This document shows positions 59,873 to 64,000 of a stretch of 64,000 nt of DNA, piece after piece. This DNA comes from Bacteroidota bacterium (GTDB lineage Bacteria; Bacteroidota; Bacteroidia; Bacteroidales; Tannerellaceae). The stretch covers positions 63,848 through 127,847 of the forward strand of contig JAEYVY010000022.1 of assembly GCA_023429375.1 (NCBI GenBank), given 5' to 3'. Numbering within the stretch: position 1 is the first letter of the stretch; each line of letters opens with the position of its first letter. A program made the translations under genes and the position numbers. The notes beneath the pieces were generated by a model. The model saw nothing but the letters and a program-made list of their open reading frames with translations, was not told where the DNA came from and searched no databases.

Positions 59873-60118
59873 CATCGTGGTTTTTTCATAATAGTATTAG
59901 ATTTAAGGTTAACAAAGTTGGTTAGGGGTTGTCGTGAGACAGCCTTTAATTGTTTTATAAGGTTTGTAGTTAATTTAGCTTCGCTTTTGTCCTCCCTAAT
60001 TGCTCTTTTTATTTTATGCCGGTTATGGATAATTCATATTAATTCTGCTTGAAGGTAGACGTATCTGACTATATTTGGTTTTTAATCACTAGTAAAAACT
60101 AAATTTAAGGTATTGCCT

Positions 60119-60787
60119 ATGAATAAAATCCCTGTTCCTGTGATTGAATCGGCTTTACGTAAAAAGCCAGTCAAGATGCCTGAGGAAATATACCAAGCAA
60201 GCGGTATTTCTATTTTTGGCAAACGGTTAAAGTCACTGGTCTTCACAACGGATTTGGCAATTATTAAAAATAATAATGCCGATGGAGTCATTGCTGTTTA
60301 TCCTTTTACCCCTCAGATAGCCATAAATCAGGCCATGATAGAGATTTCTCCAACGCCTGTGTTCTGTGGTGTAGGGGGAGGGATAACAAGCGGTCAACGT
60401 TCGATTGATATTGCAATTAATGCTGAGTTGACCGGTGCGTATGGTGTAGTGCTGAATGCTCCAACACCAAATGAACTAATCTCAGAAATGAAGTTGAGGC
60501 TGGATATACCGATAGTAATAACAGTGGTATCCGAAAAAGAAGATGTTGAAGCGAGAATTAAGGCCGGAGTATCAATTTTAAATGTATCAGGAGGTGCGAA
60601 TACGACTCAGATAGTGCGTAATATTAGGATGAAATTTCCGGAGTTTCCAATTATTGCGACCGGAGGGCCTACTCCTGACAGTATTTTGCGAACGATTGAA
60701 GCCGGAGCGAATATGATTACGTATACACCGCCGACTACAGGTGAGTTGTTTTCAGTGATTATGGATGCTTATAGAGAGAAGCTATAA
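60119..60787 (+). CDS. Uncharacterised (beta/alpha)8-barrel-like protein with ribulose-phosphate-binding-type C-terminal motif
   Basis: Alternating beta/alpha pattern, Gly-rich loop CGVGGGITSG and C-terminal PIIATGGPTPDSILRTIEAGAN, which resembles phosphate-binding loops of NanE/PcrB-type barrels. The first ATG is at 60119; the track start 60113 is TTG. Confidence 0.6.
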   Translation: MNKIPVPVIESALRKKPVKMPEEIYQASGISIFGKRLKSLVFTTDLAIIKNNNADGVIAVYPFTPQIAINQAMIEISPTPVFCGVGGGITSGQRSIDIAINAELTGAYGVVLNAPTPNELISEMKLRLDIPIVITVVSEKEDVEARIKAGVSILNVSGGANTTQIVRNIRMKFPEFPIIATGGPTPDSILRTIEAGANMITYTPPTTGELFSVIMDAYREKL

Positions 60788-60793
60788 AAAAAT

Positions 60794-60818
60794 CGGGACA
60801 TGCATTTTGCATGTCCCG
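60794..60818. terminator. Bidirectional terminator between the barrel gene and rubrerythrin
   Basis: Perfect 11-bp stem CGGGACATGCA/TGCATGTCCCG with a TTT loop. Flanked by AAAAAAA upstream and T-rich sequence downstream. Confidence 0.8.
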
Positions 60819-60828
60819 GTCTTGTTTC

Positions 60829-61410
60829 TTAGTAATTTTCCTTCATCGGTTCGAAGTAAGCTTGTGGATGCTCGCAAGCAGGACACATCTTCAATGCTTT
60901 CTTTCCTTTATAGAGGTAACCACAGTTGCGGCATTGCCATACGATTTCTTCGTCACGTTCGAAAGCTTTACCTTCTGTAAGATTAGCTAGCAACTTACGA
61001 TAACGTCTTTCGTGCTCAGCTTCTACGGTAGCAATCATGCGGAATGCTACGGCAATTTTCTTGAATCCTTCTTCTTCTGCAATTCTTGCGAATTCCGGAT
61101 ATAGTTCAGCCCACTCTTCGTTTTCTCCAGCTGCTGCAGCTGCAAGATTATCCATTGTAGTGCCGATCACACCAGCAGGATAAGAAGCTGTGATTTCTAC
61201 CATGCCACCTTCCAAGAACTTAAAGAATCTTTTTGCGTGTTCTTTTTCTTGTTCGGCAGTTTCCATGAATACGCCTGCTATTTGTTCGTAGCCTTCTTTT
61301 TTGGCTATACTAGCAAAAAACGTATAACGTGTTCTTGCTTGAGACTCTCCAGCAAATGCTTTAAGCAAGTTTTGCTCGGTGCGAGTTCCTTTGATACTTT
61401 TTTCTTCCAT
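60829..61410 (-). CDS. rbr: Rubrerythrin
   Basis: Ferritin-like di-iron domain (GESQARTRY, EEKEHAKRF, EAEHERRY) plus a C-terminal rubredoxin CRNCGY...CPACEHP. Confidence 0.95.
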   Translation of the reverse strand: MEEKSIKGTRTEQNLLKAFAGESQARTRYTFFASIAKKEGYEQIAGVFMETAEQEKEHAKRFFKFLEGGMVEITASYPAGVIGTTMDNLAAAAAGENEEWAELYPEFARIAEEEGFKKIAVAFRMIATVEAEHERRYRKLLANLTEGKAFERDEEIVWQCRNCGYLYKGKKALKMCPACEHPQAYFEPMKENY

Positions 61411-61445
61411 AACACTATAGTATTTAAAATGATATTATTATCGCT

Positions 61446-61485
61446 AGAATCAAAACACGATTCTCATCGTATTTGAACAAAAATA
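61446..61485 (-). promoter_or_regulatory. Candidate rubrerythrin promoter box TATTTTTG (61478-61485) with downstream inverted repeat AGAATC-N7-GATTCT (61446-61464)
   Basis: TAnnTTTG match on the minus strand, 67 nt before the ATG. The 6-bp inverted repeat lies between that box and the start codon, a position compatible with an operator. The regulator is unknown. Confidence 0.3.
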
Positions 61486-61595
61486 ATCAATTCCTGCCGA
61501 ACAAGTATATGAATCCAGATAAAATTAATAACAAAACGATATTAATTTTCTGTTTATTCACATAAATTTGGCTCTTTAGTGGCGTTCTGTTTTTT

Positions 61596-62240
61596 TTATT
61601 TCTTTGGGTAGCCAACAGGATTATTCAGCATAGGTACCTGAGAATCTGTTAGATTTAATACTTTCTTCAACCCATCGTTATCCATAGACATACGTGGAAC
61701 AGTCGATAAGCCTTTACCTGAACAGAAAAGGTTAATATTCTGAGAAACGATTCCAGCATCTAATGCACCCATCTGAAAAGCTCTGTCTCCGAGGTTTGCT
61801 CCAAACTTAGCTAAGTCGGATACTAAAACCAATCCTACAGGAGGTGTAGCAGACGCTTGTGTGACACGTGGGTTGGAAATAAGTGCACGGTGGTCGCCCG
61901 TAGCAATGCCTTTTAATTTATTTGCGCTGGCATCATAAAGATAAACTCCGTCTTTCATTAAAACATAAATGTCTACATCTTGCTTGTTCATCGCAGATGG
62001 TGCTGTGCGTCTTCCGTCCGGTCGATTGATGCCGTTGGCTGCCCATAATAAATCCGAGAGGTCTTGAAGGCTTAGCTCCTTCGAATCAAATTCACGATCC
62101 GAATGGCGGTCTGCAAATGCTTGCATGATGGCTTTGCCTCCGGTTTTGTTCGGTGCATTAAGTTGGATGTCATTTGGCTTCTGTGCGAAAGCGAATGATG
62201 TAATCGCTAATAATGTCAATAATGAAAAGAACTTACTCAT
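61596..62240 (-). CDS. Nitroreductase-fold (SagB/ThcOx-like) protein with N-terminal signal peptide
   Basis: Signal peptide MSKFFSLLTLLAITSFAFAQ. Nitroreductase-type RHSDREF motif, LSLQDLSDLLWAANG and C-terminal NPVGYPK. Confidence 0.8.
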   Translation of the reverse strand: MSKFFSLLTLLAITSFAFAQKPNDIQLNAPNKTGGKAIMQAFADRHSDREFDSKELSLQDLSDLLWAANGINRPDGRRTAPSAMNKQDVDIYVLMKDGVYLYDASANKLKGIATGDHRALISNPRVTQASATPPVGLVLVSDLAKFGANLGDRAFQMGALDAGIVSQNINLFCSGKGLSTVPRMSMDNDGLKKVLNLTDSQVPMLNNPVGYPKK

Positions 62241-62361
62241 AATAATTAGATGTTAATGTTTACATGTACAAAAATAAAGAAGAGCAATTTTTGTGCAACA
62301 TCAAAATACAACTTTTATAGAACTTTAATTTACGAAATTGTCGTAGCTATGTTCTTTCCCT

Positions 62362-62369
62362 TATATTTG
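62362..62369 (+). promoter_or_regulatory. -7-type promoter box TATATTTG upstream of the second barrel gene
   Basis: TAnnTTTG match, 45 nt before ATG 62415. Confidence 0.4.
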
Positions 62370-62414
62370 TTGAATTGTCTTAAAAATGGGTATTAACAAG
62401 TTATTCTTGGATTT

Positions 62415-64000
62415 ATGAAGAAATCTTTCTGTTTGATTATTCTGCTTCTGTGCGCTTTATTTACTTCTTATGCACAGTCAGATAAGGCCGGTTCTTTTCA
62501 GGTAAAAGGGCAGGTGGTTGATTCGCTCACAAACGAAACCGTTCCTTATGCGACGTTGAGTATAGCTTTAGCTTCTAACCCTTCAAAGCCGGTTAAACTT
62601 TTAGCTTGTGATATAGACGGTAAATTTGAAACTCCCTTAACTCAGGCGGGAAACTATATAGTTACCTTACAATCCATCGGTAAAAGTGCGTCAGTAAAGG
62701 CTTTTTCGCTGAAGGAAGGAAATAAAACGCTGGATCTTGGCACTCTGTATATGCAAGAACAGGCGCAGCAAATAGGAAATGTAACGGTTACAGCGCAAAA
62801 ACCGCTTGTCAAAGTGGAGATAGATAAATTGACTTATAGTTTGGAAGACGATCCGGAAGCTATCACAAGCAATACATTGGATATGCTGAAGAAGGTACCC
62901 ATGGTTACCGTAGATGGAGAGGATAAGATTGAACTCAAAGGATCATCGAACTTCAAGATATACATGAATGGTAAACCATCGAACCTGTTGAGTAATAACC
63001 CTTCGGAAGTACTAAAAAGTATGCCTGCCAACTCAGTGAAAAATATCGAAGTTATTACTGATCCGGGAGCTAAGTACGATGCCGAAGGGGTGGGAGGTAT
63101 TATTAATATCATCACAAACCGTAGTGCTTTGGAAGGATATACCGGTTCTGTAAGAGCAAATGCAGGTTCGTTGGGAAGCTATGGCGGAGGTGCTTATATT
63201 AGTGCTAAAATCGGTAAGTTAGGTGTGACCGGAGCATTCAATTATTTTGATCGCAATTCTCCTTGGAATGATTATTCTTCTTTTCGCGAAAATTTTAATA
63301 ATGACGACATTCGTACGATTGATCAAGTCGGACGTAGTAAGTACAAAGGCCCGTTTTTATTTGGTAATCTTGAATTAAGCTATGAAATCGATACGTTAAA
63401 CCTTTTGAGCCTTTCATTAAACCGTTTTGGTGGTACAAGCAAAAATATTGTCGAGTCAGAGCAGATAACGAAAAATGGACTTAAAGAGATTGTTGAGCAA
63501 TATATTTTGAATAGCAATTCAAATGCTAATTTTGGATCGACCGACCTAAGTCTCGATTATCAACGTTCAACGAAGAAGAAAGACGAACTGTTTACCGTTT
63601 CCTATAAATTCAGTAATAGTCCGAATGATAATGCTAATGAGCGCTTGCTTGAATATCTGATTGGTAATGATAAAGGAAGCATAAGCAACATTCTTCAGGA
63701 TAACGATGCTTATACAACTGAACATACAGCTCAGGTTGACTATACAACCCCAATTAGGAAGGATCATACGGTTGAGGTTGGCGTTAAATATATCATGAGG
63801 CAGAATAATAGTGATACGGAAAACTTTTTCAGAACTGACGGACAAGGCGAATGGACGCAATTACCTCAGAATTCTAACGACCATTTTAATCATACGCAAC
63901 ATATTTATGCCGGTTATGCGGGATACAGTCTGAAAGCAGGAAACTTTGGCTTTAAGACCGGTCTTAGAGCGGAGGGTACGAAGCTAGATGTGGAATATAG
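62415..64000 (+). CDS. Outer-membrane beta-barrel protein, TonB-dependent-receptor-like, 3' end beyond window (paralog of 24704-27517)
   Basis: Not in the ORF track because no stop is reached. I translated it by hand and found 528 codons with no stop. Signal peptide MKKSFCLIILLLCALFTSYAQ. CarboxypepD_reg-like VKGQVVDSLTNETVPYATLS. Plug-like LTYSLEDDPEAITSNTLDMLKKVPMVTVDGEDKIELKG...NIEVITDPGAKYDAEGVGGIINIIT. Confidence 0.8.
   Translation, partial: MKKSFCLIILLLCALFTSYAQSDKAGSFQVKGQVVDSLTNETVPYATLSIALASNPSKPVKLLACDIDGKFETPLTQAGNYIVTLQSIGKSASVKAFSLKEGNKTLDLGTLYMQEQAQQIGNVTVTAQKPLVKVEIDKLTYSLEDDPEAITSNTLDMLKKVPMVTVDGEDKIELKGSSNFKIYMNGKPSNLLSNNPSEVLKSMPANSVKNIEVITDPGAKYDAEGVGGIINIITNRSALEGYTGSVRANAGSLGSYGGGAYISAKIGKLGVTGAFNYFDRNSPWNDYSSFRENFNNDDIRTIDQVGRSKYKGPFLFGNLELSYEIDTLNLLSLSLNRFGGTSKNIVESEQITKNGLKEIVEQYILNSNSNANFGSTDLSLDYQRSTKKKDELFTVSYKFSNSPNDNANERLLEYLIGNDKGSISNILQDNDAYTTEHTAQVDYTTPIRKDHTVEVGVKYIMRQNNSDTENFFRTDGQGEWTQLPQNSNDHFNHTQHIYAGYAGYSLKAGNFGFKTGLRAEGTKLDVEY

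Noticed and set aside
59921-60000. Resemblance of GGGGTTGTCGTGAGACAGCC to a tmRNA 5' end or to the CUGAGA box of a TPP riboswitch
   Set aside because: There is no tRNA-like 3' end (no ...TCCACCA) or tag reading frame anywhere nearby. The P3 helix, the ACCC partner and the pyrophosphate-sensor helix expected of a THI element are absent.
59843-60052. 69-aa ORF inside the long leader upstream of the barrel gene
   Set aside because: It starts upstream of the only promoter-like box and has odd composition. It also overlaps the hairpin and U-tract structure, so a non-coding role is more parsimonious. It remains unproven either way.

Overview
Core-chromosome segment of a Bacteroidales (Bacteroidota) bacterium with about 50 protein-coding genes on both strands at high coding density. 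The taxonomic call rests on hallmarks visible in the sequence: TAnnTTTG -7-type promoter boxes ahead of many genes, a T9SS C-terminal sorting domain, DUF4292/DUF3822/DUF5009-type families, and CarboxypepD_reg-type outer-membrane barrels. Content is mostly housekeeping. Translation and RNA: rpsA, frr, rsgA, rbfA, metG, rnr, dusB, rsmD. Central metabolism: pckA, pyk, aroQ, ahcY. Envelope: EnvC-like activator, DUF4292 lipoprotein, cls, LolE/FtsX-like permease, GT2. Transport: SulP, PiT plus DUF47, MFS, APC permease, FecCD-type ABC pair, MATE, two outer-membrane barrel paralogs. Also present are xerD, a comM-like ATPase, rubrerythrin, a sirtuin and a dGTPase-family HD hydrolase. I found no rRNA, tRNA, CRISPR array, transposase, phage or conjugation gene, toxin-antitoxin pair or recognisable defence island. 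I found no multi-gene cluster that I can defend as a new system. The signals least explained by the gene list are non-coding. (i) A dispersed element of about 70-100 bp, built of three phased 22-bp units with palindromic cores, occurs twice (16791-16859 and 50511-50579). (ii) A 753-bp ORF-free region upstream of pckA contains copy 2 plus orphan hairpins. (iii) A roughly 250-nt promoter-proximal structured leader or possible sRNA precedes an uncharacterised TIM-barrel gene (59865-60118). (iv) An interleaved four-unit inverted-repeat terminator block lies between rnr and dusB. Protein-level oddities are a sirtuin lacking its Zn-ribbon cysteines and co-transcribed with a dGTPase homolog, a degenerate LytM domain, an SPT-sized alpha-oxoamine synthase, an ABC pair without a binding protein, and a secreted nitroreductase-fold protein. 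These are listed with modest interest scores. All function calls come from motif recognition in the supplied translations; no database search was run. Several start codons were moved inward from the ORF track by my own judgement.
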